Source: Candidatus Omnitrophota bacterium (lineage in GTDB: Bacteria; Omnitrophota; Gorgyraeia; Aquiviventales; Aquiviventaceae). Taken from it: a stretch of 64,000 nucleotides of DNA. The stretch is from positions 33,835 through 97,834 of the forward strand of contig JAHFGV010000002.1 of NCBI GenBank assembly GCA_023247255.1, read 5' to 3'. The position numbers were made by a program, and so were the translations under genes. Under the pieces are notes generated by a model. It was not told the origin of the DNA and did not search any database. It saw only the letters and a list, made by a program, of their open reading frames with translations. Within the stretch, counting starts at the first letter, position 1. The number at the start of each line of letters is the position of its first letter. Below, in pieces: positions 8,153-18,727 of the stretch.

Positions 8153-9351
8153 TGAGGCAGGTTTCTGGAGGAGTCACAGCGGCGAAAGGGTTTGTAGCGT
8201 CTGGAACGAGTGCCGGGATTAAACGGGGTCGTAAACCAGACGTTGCGCTTGTGGTCTCAGAATGGCCGGCAATCGTCGCTGGTGTTTTCACCAGAAACCG
8301 GGTGCAGGCAGCCCCCGTGCGCATCAGCAAAGACCGTGTGCGCAAGGCTAAGGCACGCGCGGTGTTTTTAACGAGTGGCTGTGCCAACTGTTTGACGGGA
8401 GTGCAGGGATGGCAGGATGCGCGGCTGCTTGGCCGAGTGGTTGCCCGTCACCTGGGATTCCCTGAGGACGAAGTTCTGTTGGCATCCACAGGAGTTATCG
8501 GACGTCGATTGCCTGTGCCAAGAATTCTACGGGTGATTCCCCAGTTAGTCCAGCGGCTCGATCGCGCGCATCATCGCGCGGCAGCACAGGCGATTCTGAC
8601 GACGGACCTCAAACCCAAAGAAGTGGCCCTGCAGACGACGATTCAGGGTCGGCGCTGCCACGTTGGAGGCATGGCGAAAGGTGCCGGTATGATTGCGCCT
8701 TCGATGGCGACGCTGCTTTCCGTGATTACCACTGATGTCGGCATGAGCCCGAGTGTGCTGCAGGCGATGCTTCGCGAGGCTGTCGCGCAGACGTTCAACC
8801 GTATCAGCGTTGACGGCGATAGGAGTACCAACGACACGGTGTTCGCGCTGGCCAATGGAGCTTCTGGGCTGAGCGTGAAGGCCATGACGCGCGACGCCAA
8901 GATCATCTCAGAGATGTTGCATCAGGTCTGCAAGGAGTTGGCCCAGCGGATTGTCGAGGATGGAGAAGGAGTCAGCCGTCTGATGGATGTCCAGGTATTG
9001 GGGGCACGCAGCCAAAGAGAGGCCGAAGCTTGTGTGCGGCAGGTCGCCGGCTCTAGTTTGGTGAAAACCATGTTGGCTGGTGCGGATCCTAATGTGGGTC
9101 GTATCGCGGCGGCGGCTGGCGCTTCCGCGGCTCGTTTTGATCCTTCGCAGATGGAGGTATTCATTGGAGGCCGACGAGTCATCGCCCAGGATAGGGTGTT
9201 GCCCTTGGACAAAGCTGTAGCCAAACGTCTTTTAGCCCCTTCTCGGGTTGCGGTGCGCATCGATCTGCACGCAGGCACGTTCCAGGCGCATCTTCTGACC
9301 TGCGATCTTACCGAAGATTACGTGAAGATCAACGCCGGCTATGCAACGTAA
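8149..9351 (+). CDS. argJ: ornithine acetyltransferase / N-acetylglutamate synthase
   Basis: GVFTRNRVQAAPV, ASTGVIG, GMAKGAGMIAPSMATLL, DGDRSTNDTV, DGEG. Confidence 0.96.
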   Translation: MMRQVSGGVTAAKGFVASGTSAGIKRGRKPDVALVVSEWPAIVAGVFTRNRVQAAPVRISKDRVRKAKARAVFLTSGCANCLTGVQGWQDARLLGRVVARHLGFPEDEVLLASTGVIGRRLPVPRILRVIPQLVQRLDRAHHRAAAQAILTTDLKPKEVALQTTIQGRRCHVGGMAKGAGMIAPSMATLLSVITTDVGMSPSVLQAMLREAVAQTFNRISVDGDRSTNDTVFALANGASGLSVKAMTRDAKIISEMLHQVCKELAQRIVEDGEGVSRLMDVQVLGARSQREAEACVRQVAGSSLVKTMLAGADPNVGRIAAAAGASAARFDPSQMEVFIGGRRVIAQDRVLPLDKAVAKRLLAPSRVAVRIDLHAGTFQAHLLTCDLTEDYVKINAGYAT

Positions 9352-9367
9352 TAAGCATGGCCAGCCT

Positions 9368-9493
9368 GTTAGGGTGTTAACGAGTGAGCGTGTCAGCGAG
9401 TATGCGGGTTTGTGAAATAGATTGTAACGGGCAAACGCGCCAACTCCCCAACTCGCTAACACGCCAGCACGCCAACTGGCTAACGCGCTAACT
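9368..9493. repeat. Inverted pair of degenerate 8-mer tandem arrays
   Basis: gttagggt gttaacga gtgagcgt gtcagcga ... actcgcta acacgcca gcacgcca actggcta acgcgcta; related tract at 22283-22320. Confidence 0.65.
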
Positions 9494-9496
9494 CTA

Positions 9497-10345
9497 ATGC
9501 AAGACTCTATACGAAAAGCCGATATCCTGATCGAGGCGCGGCCTTATCTGCAGGCATTCCGGGGTAAGGTGATCGTCGCTAAATATGGTGGCAGCGCGAT
9601 CGATAATCCAACCGCTATGCGCGGCATCCTGGAGGATCTCGTATTCCTGAGCGTGGTAGGGATTCGTGCGGTGTTGGTTCATGGGGGTGGCCCTGCGATT
9701 GCCCGCAAACTGGATTCACTCGGAAAGCAAAGCCGATTCGTGGATGGCATGCGCGTTACGGATCGGTTTACCCTGCGTGTGGTGAATAAAACCCTGGAAG
9801 AAATCAATCGCAGGCTCGTGAGTCAGATTCATCAGCTCGCAGGAGAGGCTGAAGGCCTGACGCCCAAACAAGAGGTCATCGTGGCCGAGCCTCATCTTCG
9901 GGCAGGCGAGTTGGGATACGTCGGTTCGGTGGCCTGGGTGCATACAGGCAGCATCCGTCGGGTGTTTGCACGACAGGCCATTGCCGTCATCTCACCCGTC
10001 GGGGTGGGTAACGGACAGCTTTACAACGTCAACGCGGATGACGTGGCCAGTGAAGTTGCCGCCAGTCTAAAAGCAGAAAAATTAGTTCTTTTGACCAATG
10101 TGCGCGGCATACTCAGCAAACCGGCTGATAGCGGATCGTTGCTGTCGACGCTGTCTGTTCGTAAAGTGACCCAGCTTATCCAGAAGGGAACCATCCAAGC
10201 AGGGATGATCCCAAAGGTCAATGCATGCGTCGAGGCGCTGCGGCGAGGGGTAAAGAAAACGCACATCATCGACGCGGCTTTGCCGCATGCGATGCTTCTT
10301 GAGATATTCACCCAACGAGGGATCGGGACGGAGATTATTCGATAA
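9497..10345 (+). CDS. argB: acetylglutamate kinase
   Basis: KYGGSA, VHGGGP, GMRVTD, NVNADD, GMIPKV, EIFTQRGIGT. Confidence 0.97.
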   Translation: MQDSIRKADILIEARPYLQAFRGKVIVAKYGGSAIDNPTAMRGILEDLVFLSVVGIRAVLVHGGGPAIARKLDSLGKQSRFVDGMRVTDRFTLRVVNKTLEEINRRLVSQIHQLAGEAEGLTPKQEVIVAEPHLRAGELGYVGSVAWVHTGSIRRVFARQAIAVISPVGVGNGQLYNVNADDVASEVAASLKAEKLVLLTNVRGILSKPADSGSLLSTLSVRKVTQLIQKGTIQAGMIPKVNACVEALRRGVKKTHIIDAALPHAMLLEIFTQRGIGTEIIR

Positions 10346-10475
10346 AATGAGGGGGCAAGAGACACGGAGCAAGTTATCATTTCGAATTTCGGATTTTTGA
10401 TTTCTTTTCAATCCGCCACTCGCAATCCCAAATCCGAAATTGAAACTTGCCCCATTCTCCTGAGTGTGTGTTTCA

Positions 10476-11666
10476 ATGGCTTCCCAGACCCAGAAGGTGA
10501 TTGAACAATACGAACGCTACGTGATGAACACCTACGTGCGCAGCCCCCTGGCATTGACGAAGGGCAAGGGTAGCCGGCTGTGGGATGTGGAGGGGCGAGA
10601 GTATCTGGATTTGTTTCCCGGTTGGGGCGTCGGTATCTTGGGCCACAACCATCCTTGGGTGATGAGCGCCTTGCGGGGACAGACCCGGCGTCTCATCCAT
10701 GTATCCAACAACTACTACCACCCGCTTCAATGGCAGGCAGCCAAGCGTGTCGTTGAAGCCTCCTTTGACGGAAAAGTCTTCTTTTGCAACAGCGGGGCAG
10801 AGGCGGTTGAATCGGCGGTGAAATTGGCGCGGCGCTGGGGCGCGGGGCGTTATGAAATTATTGTGATGGAACGTTCCTTCCACGGTCGCACGATGGCCGC
10901 CTTGAGCGCGACGGGACAGTCCAAATACCAGCAAGGCTTCGAGCCGCTATTGCCTGGGTTCATCCGAGTTCCGTTCAATGATTTGGAAGCGGTTCGCCGC
11001 GCGATTACGCCGAAGACCTGCGCGGTTTTGGTGGAGCCGATTCAGGGTGAGGGGGGACTGCGCGTCGGCACCGATGCATTTCTGCAAGGGCTTCGACAGC
11101 TCTGCGATGAGCACAGGTTCTTGCTCATCATGGACGAGGTCCAAAGCGGCATGGGACGAACAGGCAAATGGTTTGCCTATCAGCATACAGGCATTACGCC
11201 GGACGTGATGGTGCTTGCAAAGGCCCTGGGCGGCGGATTTCCAATTGCCGCCATGATAGCCAGACGCTCGGTTGCCGATACCCTGACACCGGGAAGCCAT
11301 GCTTCGACGTTTGGCGGAAATCCCTTGGGATGTGCAGCCATCGTGGCGGTCTTTGAAGCCATAGAAAAACAGGCTCTTCTTCAAAAAGTCAACACGCTCA
11401 GTCGAGTGATCTTTGAGCGGCTGAGGAAACTCGCGACGCGTTGCCCGATTATTCAAGAGGTGCGGGGGCGGGGATTCATGATTGGGATCGAGCTTACTGT
11501 CGCGGGACGGCCATTGGTGAGTGCCGCTTTGGACGAACGACTCCTGTTGAATTGTACCCAGGATACAGTTCTGAGGTTGCTTCCAGCCATGACGATTGCC
11601 AAACTTGAGCTCAACCGTGCGCTTTCGATTCTCGAGGGGATACTCTTGAAGAAGGCTCAAGGATAG
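10476..11666 (+). CDS. argD: acetylornithine aminotransferase
   Basis: FFCNSGAEAVE, SFHGRT, EPIQGEGG, DEVQSGMGRTG, AKALGGGFP, HASTFGGNP. Confidence 0.95.
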   Translation: MASQTQKVIEQYERYVMNTYVRSPLALTKGKGSRLWDVEGREYLDLFPGWGVGILGHNHPWVMSALRGQTRRLIHVSNNYYHPLQWQAAKRVVEASFDGKVFFCNSGAEAVESAVKLARRWGAGRYEIIVMERSFHGRTMAALSATGQSKYQQGFEPLLPGFIRVPFNDLEAVRRAITPKTCAVLVEPIQGEGGLRVGTDAFLQGLRQLCDEHRFLLIMDEVQSGMGRTGKWFAYQHTGITPDVMVLAKALGGGFPIAAMIARRSVADTLTPGSHASTFGGNPLGCAAIVAVFEAIEKQALLQKVNTLSRVIFERLRKLATRCPIIQEVRGRGFMIGIELTVAGRPLVSAALDERLLLNCTQDTVLRLLPAMTIAKLELNRALSILEGILLKKAQG

Positions 11667-11698
11667 CCCAGCGGAATTGAGAATAGGCCTCATTGAGA

Positions 11699-12637
11699 AT
11701 GACGTCACGCCATTTTCTGACCTTGCAGGATGTGAGCGAAGACGAATTGCGCGGCTTGCTGTTGGAGGCCTCGCGCATGAAGTCGGACCGAAGCCGGGCG
11801 CAAAACGTATTGAAGGGCAAGACGGTCGCGTTGATTTTTCAAAAACCGTCCATGCGAACTCGCGTTGCCTGTGAAGTTGCCGTGCAGCAGCTGGCAGGCT
11901 CGGTGATCTATCTGGGCAAGGAGGATATCCAACTCGGGCAGCGAGAGCCGATCAAGGATGTAGCGCGGGTAATCTCGCGATATGTCGATGGCGTTGTGGT
12001 GCGCATGTTCGCGCATCGTGAGGTTGAAGAATTCGCCCGCTACGCCACGGTTCCTGTAATCAACGGCTTGTCTGATTCGGCGCATCCCTGTCAGGCGGTC
12101 GCGGATTTGTTGACCATCCAAGAACAGATGGGTCGTCTGCGGGGGGTTCGACTGGCCTATATCGGTGACGGGAACAATGTGTTGCATTCGTTGATGAACG
12201 GATGCGCGATGCTGGGGGTCAATCTGGCAGTAGCGACTCCGACGCGGTATCGGCCGGACCGAGGAATTTGGGAACAGGCCAGGCAGTCCGCCCGCAAGCA
12301 TGGTGGCAGCCTTCGATGGGAAGAAGATCCCCGTGAAGCTGCCCGAGGGGCCCAGGTGGTCTACACAGACGTCTGGATCAGCATGGGTCAGGAGAGGGAG
12401 CGTGCGGCGCGTCGCCAGGCATTTGGTCGCTATCAGCTTAATCCAACGCTGCTTAAACGGGCATCTGTGGATTGCCGGATCATGCACTGCCTTCCCGCTC
12501 ATCGTGGGGAGGAAATCACAGAAGAAGTTATGGAAAGTTCTGGTTCAGTGATCTTCGATCAAGCAGAGAACCGTCTTCATGTTCATAAGGCGATTCTGGT
12601 TTTCTTGATGACAAAACGAAAGAAGCATACTCGTTAA
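11699..12637 (+). CDS. argF: ornithine carbamoyltransferase
   Basis: FQKPSMRTR, HPCQAVAD, YTDVWISMGQE, MHCLPAHRGEE, FDQAENRLH. Confidence 0.96.
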   Translation: MTSRHFLTLQDVSEDELRGLLLEASRMKSDRSRAQNVLKGKTVALIFQKPSMRTRVACEVAVQQLAGSVIYLGKEDIQLGQREPIKDVARVISRYVDGVVVRMFAHREVEEFARYATVPVINGLSDSAHPCQAVADLLTIQEQMGRLRGVRLAYIGDGNNVLHSLMNGCAMLGVNLAVATPTRYRPDRGIWEQARQSARKHGGSLRWEEDPREAARGAQVVYTDVWISMGQERERAARRQAFGRYQLNPTLLKRASVDCRIMHCLPAHRGEEITEEVMESSGSVIFDQAENRLHVHKAILVFLMTKRKKHTR

Positions 12638-12650
12638 AAACACAGGATCG

Positions 12651-13853
12651 ATGATGAAAACAGTTGTCTTAGCCTATTCCGGAGGATTGGACACATCGGT
12701 GTGCGTGAAGTGGTTGGCCGAGCGGGGCTATCGTGTCGTTGCGTTCATGGCGGATGTCGGGCAAGGTGAGCCTTCCACCGCAGCCATCCGTCGAGCCAAA
12801 ATTGCCGGCGCCGATTCGGTGATCATCCGCGATCTGCGTCAGGAGTTTGTGACTGACTTCTGCTGGCCGGCGCTGAAGGCCCATGCGGTTTATGAAGGGG
12901 CTTACTTGTTGGCGACGGCACTGTCGCGTCCTTTGATCGCCAAGCATCTGGTGGCTGTCGCGCATCGACTGAAGGCAAAAGCGATCGCCCATGGCTGCAC
13001 GGGCAAAGGCAATGATCAGGTTCGCTTTGAAGTGACGGCGAGGATTTTAGATCCTTCGCTTCAGATCATTGCTCCGGTCCGCGAGTGGGAATTTCGCAGC
13101 CGAGAAGAGGAAGTGGAGTATGCCTTGCGCCATCGTATTCCTATCGAGGTTTCCAAACGCAGCCCTTACAGCATCGACCAGAACCTTTGGGGAACAAGTA
13201 TTGAAGCCGGGGTTTTGGAGGATCCTTGGACGGAGCCGCCGGAAGAAACCTACCGGTCCATTCGTTCTCCCCGTCGGACATCTTCTCAACCGACGGCTGT
13301 GACGATCGGATTTGCAAAAGGCAATCCGATCAGTCTCAACGGTGAACGTTTGAAAGCGGTACCGCTTGTGGAGCGACTCAACCGACTCGGGGCCTTGCAC
13401 GGCGTTGGGCGCTGCGATATGATCGAAAGCCGAGTCGTGGGCATTAAATCCCGTGAGGTTTACGAATCACCGGCCGGGACGATTTTGCTTGGCGCGCATC
13501 AAGAACTGGAACGGTTGGTGTTGGATCGCCAGCTATTTCAGATGAAACAAACCTTGGGTATTAAGTACGCCGAGCTTGTCTATGGTGGACTCTGGTTCAC
13601 ACCGCTTAAAACAGCCTTGGACGCTTTTATCGATGAAACCCAACGCACCGTCACCGGGGAAGTCCGCCTGAAACTCTTCAAGGGGACTTGTCAGGTCGTT
13701 GGACGCCGATCCCCGCATAGCCTCTACCGAGAACATTTAGCTACTTACTCAGCCAAGGATCGATTCGACCCGCGCGCCTCAACAGGATTCATTAAATTAT
13801 TTGGACTTCCCTATGAAGGTAAAATGTGGAAGGTGGAGGATGGAAAGCGATAG
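12651..13853 (+). CDS. argG: argininosuccinate synthase
   Basis: LAYSGGLDTS, HGCTGKGNDQVRFE, SIDQNLWG, GIKSREVYE. Confidence 0.97.
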   Translation: MMKTVVLAYSGGLDTSVCVKWLAERGYRVVAFMADVGQGEPSTAAIRRAKIAGADSVIIRDLRQEFVTDFCWPALKAHAVYEGAYLLATALSRPLIAKHLVAVAHRLKAKAIAHGCTGKGNDQVRFEVTARILDPSLQIIAPVREWEFRSREEEVEYALRHRIPIEVSKRSPYSIDQNLWGTSIEAGVLEDPWTEPPEETYRSIRSPRRTSSQPTAVTIGFAKGNPISLNGERLKAVPLVERLNRLGALHGVGRCDMIESRVVGIKSREVYESPAGTILLGAHQELERLVLDRQLFQMKQTLGIKYAELVYGGLWFTPLKTALDAFIDETQRTVTGEVRLKLFKGTCQVVGRRSPHSLYREHLATYSAKDRFDPRASTGFIKLFGLPYEGKMWKVEDGKR

Positions 13854-13888
13854 GCCCATGCGTGAGTCTGGTCTGCTTTTTATTGCAA

Positions 13889-13923
13889 TCACTGGTCACT
13901 GGTCACTGGTCACTAGCCACTGA
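13889..13923. repeat. heptamer tandem repeat (tcactgg)n
   Basis: tcactgg tcactgg tcactgg tcactag ccactga immediately before argH. Confidence 0.8.
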
Positions 13924-13924
13924 T

Positions 13925-15316
13925 ATGGGTATTTCTCACACTAAGTTGTGGGGCGGACGTTTCCGAAAACAGACGGATCCGCTAGTCGAGGGGTACACGT
14001 CCAGCATTCGAGTGGATTATCGTCTGGCGCGCTATGATGTGATCGGTTCCATCGCTCATGCAAAGATGCTGGGTCGTTGTCAGATCATCGGTCCGAAAGA
14101 TTGCCGCAAGCTTGTCCGTGGCCTTGAGCGGATCCTTCGCACCATCGAGCAGGGTGACTGGCAAATGGATCCTTCCGCCGAGGATGTTCATACGCAGATT
14201 CAACAACAGTTGGAACGCCGGGTAGGTTCTGTCGCGCATAAGCTTCACACCGCACGCAGCCGTAACGATCAGGTCAGCTTGGATCTTCGACTCTATTGCC
14301 GGGATGCGGTTATCCAACTGGCCCAAGTAATCGGTATCCTTCAACGCGCCCTGATTCGATTCGCCGCAAAGAGTCAGAAGATTGTGATTCCAGGCTACAC
14401 GCACCTGCAACGGGCGCAGCCTGTCTTGTTCGCGCATCATCTTCTGGCCTACGTCGAGATGCTCCAGCGCGATGCCCAGCGCCTGGAGGATGTTCAGCGA
14501 CGCATCCAGGTGTTGCCTCTAGGTGCGGCGGCACTTGCGGGAACTTCCTTGCCGATCGATCGGCATTACGTGGCCAAGCTTCTGGGTTTTCCCCGGATAG
14601 CAGCCAACAGCCTGGATGCTGTTTCCGACCGGGACTTTGCTTGCGAGCTTATCGGTGTACTTGCCGGATTGCACGTTCATCTGTCTCGTTTTGCACAGGA
14701 CTGTATTCTTTGGGCGACGGAAGAATTTGGCCTCATCCGTCTGGATGACGCCATCGCGACAGGATCCAGCCTGATGCCGCAGAAGAAAAATCCGGATGTC
14801 CTTGAACTCATACGCGGACAAGCAGGACTCATCATCGGGAATCTGAGCGGATTCTTGACGGTGATGAAAGGCCTACCCTTGTCGTACAATCGAGACTTGC
14901 AGTGGGATAAGCGTTTTGTCTTCGAGTCGGTTGAGGCAAGCGTGGATGCCTTGACGGTTCTTGAGCGGTTCGTCTGCCATCTAAACGTTCGTCCGGAGGG
15001 AATCGCGCATCTGTTGGAATCGGACTTTATCTGCGCGACGGACTTGGCTGAATACTTGGTTGAGAGAGGCCTTGCGTTTCGTCAGGCCCATGAAGTCGTG
15101 GGACGCCTGGTTGCCTTCACCGAGACGCAGGGAAAGCGTTTGAAGGATCTATCCTTGGCGCAGCTTCGGCGTTTTTCCAAACGATTCGATGAACCAGCGC
15201 TGCGTTTGGCTGACCCTTACCGGTCGGTTGAGCGCAAACGCAGCTTCGGCAGCACCCATCCGGCTCAGGTCCGTCGAGCGCTGCGTCAATGGCGGCTTCG
15301 ATTGGGAATGCGGTGA
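13925..15316 (+). CDS. argH: argininosuccinate lyase
   Basis: LWGGRF, LHTARSRNDQV, PGYTHLQRAQP, TGSSLMPQKKNPD. Confidence 0.97.
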   Translation: MGISHTKLWGGRFRKQTDPLVEGYTSSIRVDYRLARYDVIGSIAHAKMLGRCQIIGPKDCRKLVRGLERILRTIEQGDWQMDPSAEDVHTQIQQQLERRVGSVAHKLHTARSRNDQVSLDLRLYCRDAVIQLAQVIGILQRALIRFAAKSQKIVIPGYTHLQRAQPVLFAHHLLAYVEMLQRDAQRLEDVQRRIQVLPLGAAALAGTSLPIDRHYVAKLLGFPRIAANSLDAVSDRDFACELIGVLAGLHVHLSRFAQDCILWATEEFGLIRLDDAIATGSSLMPQKKNPDVLELIRGQAGLIIGNLSGFLTVMKGLPLSYNRDLQWDKRFVFESVEASVDALTVLERFVCHLNVRPEGIAHLLESDFICATDLAEYLVERGLAFRQAHEVVGRLVAFTETQGKRLKDLSLAQLRRFSKRFDEPALRLADPYRSVERKRSFGSTHPAQVRRALRQWRLRLGMR

Positions 15317-15382
15317 CTGCGTATAAGCTCACTGATGAGGCTGTTGTGAGAAATTGTCGATTCTTGATTAACGATCGTTGCT

Positions 15383-16696
15383 ATGTTCTATCCGCATGAC
15401 TTTCATCGCGTAAAGGGTGATCTTTATTGTGAAGGCGTATCCGTCGAGCGGATTGCCCAGGCCGTGGGTACGCCGGTCTACGTCTACAGCTACAAGACGA
15501 TCGTGGAGCACTTCCGAAAGCTCAAAGGGGCTTTCAAGAGCATTCGTCCTTTGATCTGTTTCTCCGTCAAGGCCAATGGTAATTTGGCTATCCTCCGCCT
15601 GTTGGTGCGTGAGGGGGCGGGTTTGGACATCGTTTCCGGAGGCGAGTTATACAAGGCACGGAAAGCCGGCTGTTTTGGCTCGCGTATCGTGTATGCTAGC
15701 GTTGGTAAAAGGCCAGATGAAATTCGGACAGCGCTGGGGGCCAAGATATTCTGTTTTAACGTGGAATCCGCGCCGGAGTTGGAAGCGATCGATGCGGCTG
15801 CGCGTCGGATGCATACCGTTGCCCGGGTGGCGTTGCGTATCAATCCGAATGTCGAGGCGCATACCCACAGGCACATTACGACAGGCATTGCAGAAAGCAA
15901 ATTCGGCATCGATTCAAAGACAGCCTTGAGTCTGATTCGCCGTCACGCAGGCTTTCCAGGAATACGCATGATCGGTCTGCATGTTCATATCGGCTCTCAG
16001 ATCAGCCGTGCGCAGCCTTTCATCCAGGCGATTCGTCGTCTGGCTCCTCTGATTCACAAGGCGCGTCGTTTGGGTGTAGGGCTGGAATGGCTCAATCTGG
16101 GTGGGGGCTTGGGGATCGTCTATCAAGAACACGAGCAGCCGCAGACGCCTCAGGCGTTTGCGAAAGCGGTGCTTCCTCCGTTGCGCCGGTTGCGTGTGCG
16201 ATTGATTCTGGAGCCTGGGCGTTTTATTGTCGGTAACGCCGGGGTGTTGGTGACACGAGTGCTTTATGTAAAATCGGGTTTTGCGACGGATGATTCCGTC
16301 CAAACTCAGGCAGGCAGGCAATTTGTGGTGGTGGACGCAGGGATGAACGATTTGATCCGGCCGGCGCTCTACGATGCTTACCATGAAGTGATTCCTGTTA
16401 AGGCTCATCGCCAAACGCTCAACGGTCAACGACGGTATCACATCGTAGGGCCGGTTTGTGAGAGCGCGGATGTGCTGGCGCGTGATAGGGCTCTGGGAGA
16501 GCTGATGTCTGGAGATTTCTTAGCCATCTTGGGAACCGGTGCCTACGGCTCTACGATGAGTTCCAACTATAACGGTCGCCCGCGGCCGGCGGAGGTTCTG
16601 GTGCGCGGCAACGAATGGGCTTTGATCCGTAAGCGAGAGACGCTGCGCGATCTCATTCGGCAGGATGTCGTTCCGACTCAGATTTTGGGTAGATGA
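15383..16696 (+). CDS. lysA: diaminopimelate decarboxylase
   Basis: FSVKAN, SKFG, HVHIGSQ, LGGGLG, EPGRFIV, GPVCESAD, MSSNYN. Confidence 0.97.
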   Translation: MFYPHDFHRVKGDLYCEGVSVERIAQAVGTPVYVYSYKTIVEHFRKLKGAFKSIRPLICFSVKANGNLAILRLLVREGAGLDIVSGGELYKARKAGCFGSRIVYASVGKRPDEIRTALGAKIFCFNVESAPELEAIDAAARRMHTVARVALRINPNVEAHTHRHITTGIAESKFGIDSKTALSLIRRHAGFPGIRMIGLHVHIGSQISRAQPFIQAIRRLAPLIHKARRLGVGLEWLNLGGGLGIVYQEHEQPQTPQAFAKAVLPPLRRLRVRLILEPGRFIVGNAGVLVTRVLYVKSGFATDDSVQTQAGRQFVVVDAGMNDLIRPALYDAYHEVIPVKAHRQTLNGQRRYHIVGPVCESADVLARDRALGELMSGDFLAILGTGAYGSTMSSNYNGRPRPAEVLVRGNEWALIRKRETLRDLIRQDVVPTQILGR

Positions 16697-16731
16697 CAGG
16701 TGCCACTTGAAAGGTGCTAGGTGAGAGGTGA

Positions 16732-17721
16732 ATGAAAAATAAGGTGAAAGCCGCAATCCGCAATCCGCAATCCCCGATTCAAGGCGTTTCGTACACTAAA
16801 TTATCGGGCACAGGCAATGATTTTGTGCTGGTGGATACGCTCCATACGCAAACGGGCCGAGCGCATGTGAGCTGGCCGAGGATTGCCCAGCGTCTATGCA
16901 ATCGCAGCCAGGGGATCGGAGCGGATGGCCTGTTGGTATTGGGACGCTCGCGTGTCGCGGATGTTCGGATGAGAATTTTTAATCCGGACGGCTCAGAACC
17001 TGACATGTGCGGAAATGGGCTGCGGTGCCTGGCTTGGTACGCTACGCGATCGGGACAGGCTCGGGAGGGAGGAACTCTGACCATCCAAACCAAGGCCGGA
17101 ATCAAACAGGCCACCTTTGATAGTCCTAATCATGTTCGGGTTGATTTGGGAGTGCCTCGGTTTATTCGGCACTTCCACCGATTCGTCGTGGAAGGGCGGA
17201 GGGTTTTTCATATGGACGTTGTCAACTCCGGGGTTTTCCATGTCGTGTGTTGGGTATCGGATGTATCTCGGATCGATGTCCGGAAGCTCGGACGTTATCT
17301 GCGAAACCATCCCCGGTTTCGACCGCAAGGAGCCAATGTCGATTTCGTGGAATGGGTTTCTATGACTCAGCCCGCACGCCCGTTCGGAAATGAGCGGCCT
17401 TATCGAATCCGATTGAAGATGAGGACGTATGAACGCGGGGTGGAAGCCGAGACGCGTGCGTGTGGCACGGGGGCCGTGGCATCTGCGGCTGCTGCCATCC
17501 ATCATGCGTTGAGCCGTGAAACCCAAAGAACCTCTTCGGATATGCATCGTCCATTCGCTGTCGAGGTTTCTGTTCCGGGGGGAGTGCTTCGGGTCAATCT
17601 TGAGGCTAAAAGCCACTGCCTGCGGCAGAAGCAGAAATGGAATCTCGGCCATGCGTGGCTTGAAGGCAAGATCACACGACTCGACAGGGGAGTTTTTACG
17701 TTTGCCAACGGGAGAGAATAA
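16732..17721 (+). CDS. dapF: diaminopimelate epimerase
   Basis: GTGNDF, GIGADG, FNPDGSEPDMCGNGLRC, RTYERGVEAETRACGTG. Confidence 0.95.
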   Translation: MKNKVKAAIRNPQSPIQGVSYTKLSGTGNDFVLVDTLHTQTGRAHVSWPRIAQRLCNRSQGIGADGLLVLGRSRVADVRMRIFNPDGSEPDMCGNGLRCLAWYATRSGQAREGGTLTIQTKAGIKQATFDSPNHVRVDLGVPRFIRHFHRFVVEGRRVFHMDVVNSGVFHVVCWVSDVSRIDVRKLGRYLRNHPRFRPQGANVDFVEWVSMTQPARPFGNERPYRIRLKMRTYERGVEAETRACGTGAVASAAAAIHHALSRETQRTSSDMHRPFAVEVSVPGGVLRVNLEAKSHCLRQKQKWNLGHAWLEGKITRLDRGVFTFANGRE

Positions 17722-17723
17722 AA

Positions 17724-18638
17724 ATGATTCAGTGGCGCGGGTCCATGGTCGCACTCGTCACACCCTTTCGTGATGATCGAATTGACGAAAGCGTCCTCAA
17801 GCAGCTCGTCCAGATGCATGTCGAATCCGGCACCAGCGCCTTGGTGCCTTGCGGAACCACAGGCGAATCTGCCACCCTCTCTCACGAGGAACATGATCGC
17901 GTGATCGAAGTGACGGTTCAGGCCTCACGCGGCCGGATTCCGGTAATTGCCGGAACCGGATCAAACAACACGCGTGAAGCCGTCCGTCTGACCCAACATG
18001 CCCAACGAGTGGGTGTCGATGCCGCCTTGTTGATCAGCCCTTACTACAACCGCCCGACCCAACAGGGACTCTACCTTCACTTTAAAGCGATCGCTGAATC
18101 GGTGGATCTGCCTCTTGTGGTTTACAACGTTCCCTCTCGAACGGCGGTCAACATTGAACCAGAAACCCTCGCGAGGCTTACGGAATTTCGTAACATCGTG
18201 GCGGTCAAAGAAGCCAGCGGCAATCTCCAGCAGATGAGACGGATATTGGAACTCACCCAGGGAAAGCTGGCACTTCTATCCGGCGATGACTCCCTGACCT
18301 TTCCCGTGCTAGAGCTTGGGGGAAGAGGGGTGATCTCCGTCGTTGCAAATATCGTGCCGGCCGATGTGGCTGCGATGGTGGCTGCTTCAGAAGTCGGGAA
18401 AAGGCAACGGGCCAACGAGTGGCATGAACGCCTGCTTCCCTTGGCCAAGGTGCTGTTTCTTGAGACCAATCCGATTCCCGTTAAGACCGCCATGGGAATG
18501 CTAGGGATGATTCAACCGGAGTTGCGACTTCCCCTGTGCGCGCTGTCCGAGTCGAATCAACAAAGACTGCGCCAAGCCCTCCAAGCGTATGGGCTCCTCA
18601 AAGCAGGTGAAAGGTGCGAGGTGAAAGGTGCGAAGTAA
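17724..18638 (+). CDS. dapA: 4-hydroxy-tetrahydrodipicolinate synthase
   Basis: ALVTPF, CGTTGES, YNVPSRT, VKEASG, ETNPIPVK. Confidence 0.97.
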   Translation: MIQWRGSMVALVTPFRDDRIDESVLKQLVQMHVESGTSALVPCGTTGESATLSHEEHDRVIEVTVQASRGRIPVIAGTGSNNTREAVRLTQHAQRVGVDAALLISPYYNRPTQQGLYLHFKAIAESVDLPLVVYNVPSRTAVNIEPETLARLTEFRNIVAVKEASGNLQQMRRILELTQGKLALLSGDDSLTFPVLELGGRGVISVVANIVPADVAAMVAASEVGKRQRANEWHERLLPLAKVLFLETNPIPVKTAMGMLGMIQPELRLPLCALSESNQQRLRQALQAYGLLKAGERCEVKGAK

Positions 18639-18727
18639 TAGGTGCGAGGTGAGAGGATATCGTGCTTCATTACTCCCCTGTCGTTCTTGTGAACGGCATA
18701 ATACTGTGTGCTGAGGGAAAATTTGGC

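Noticed and set aside
10947-12502. Long minus-strand ORFs (253 and 265 aa) opposite argD/argF, and similar ones elsewhere
   Set aside because: Antisense shadows of well-supported GC-rich genes.
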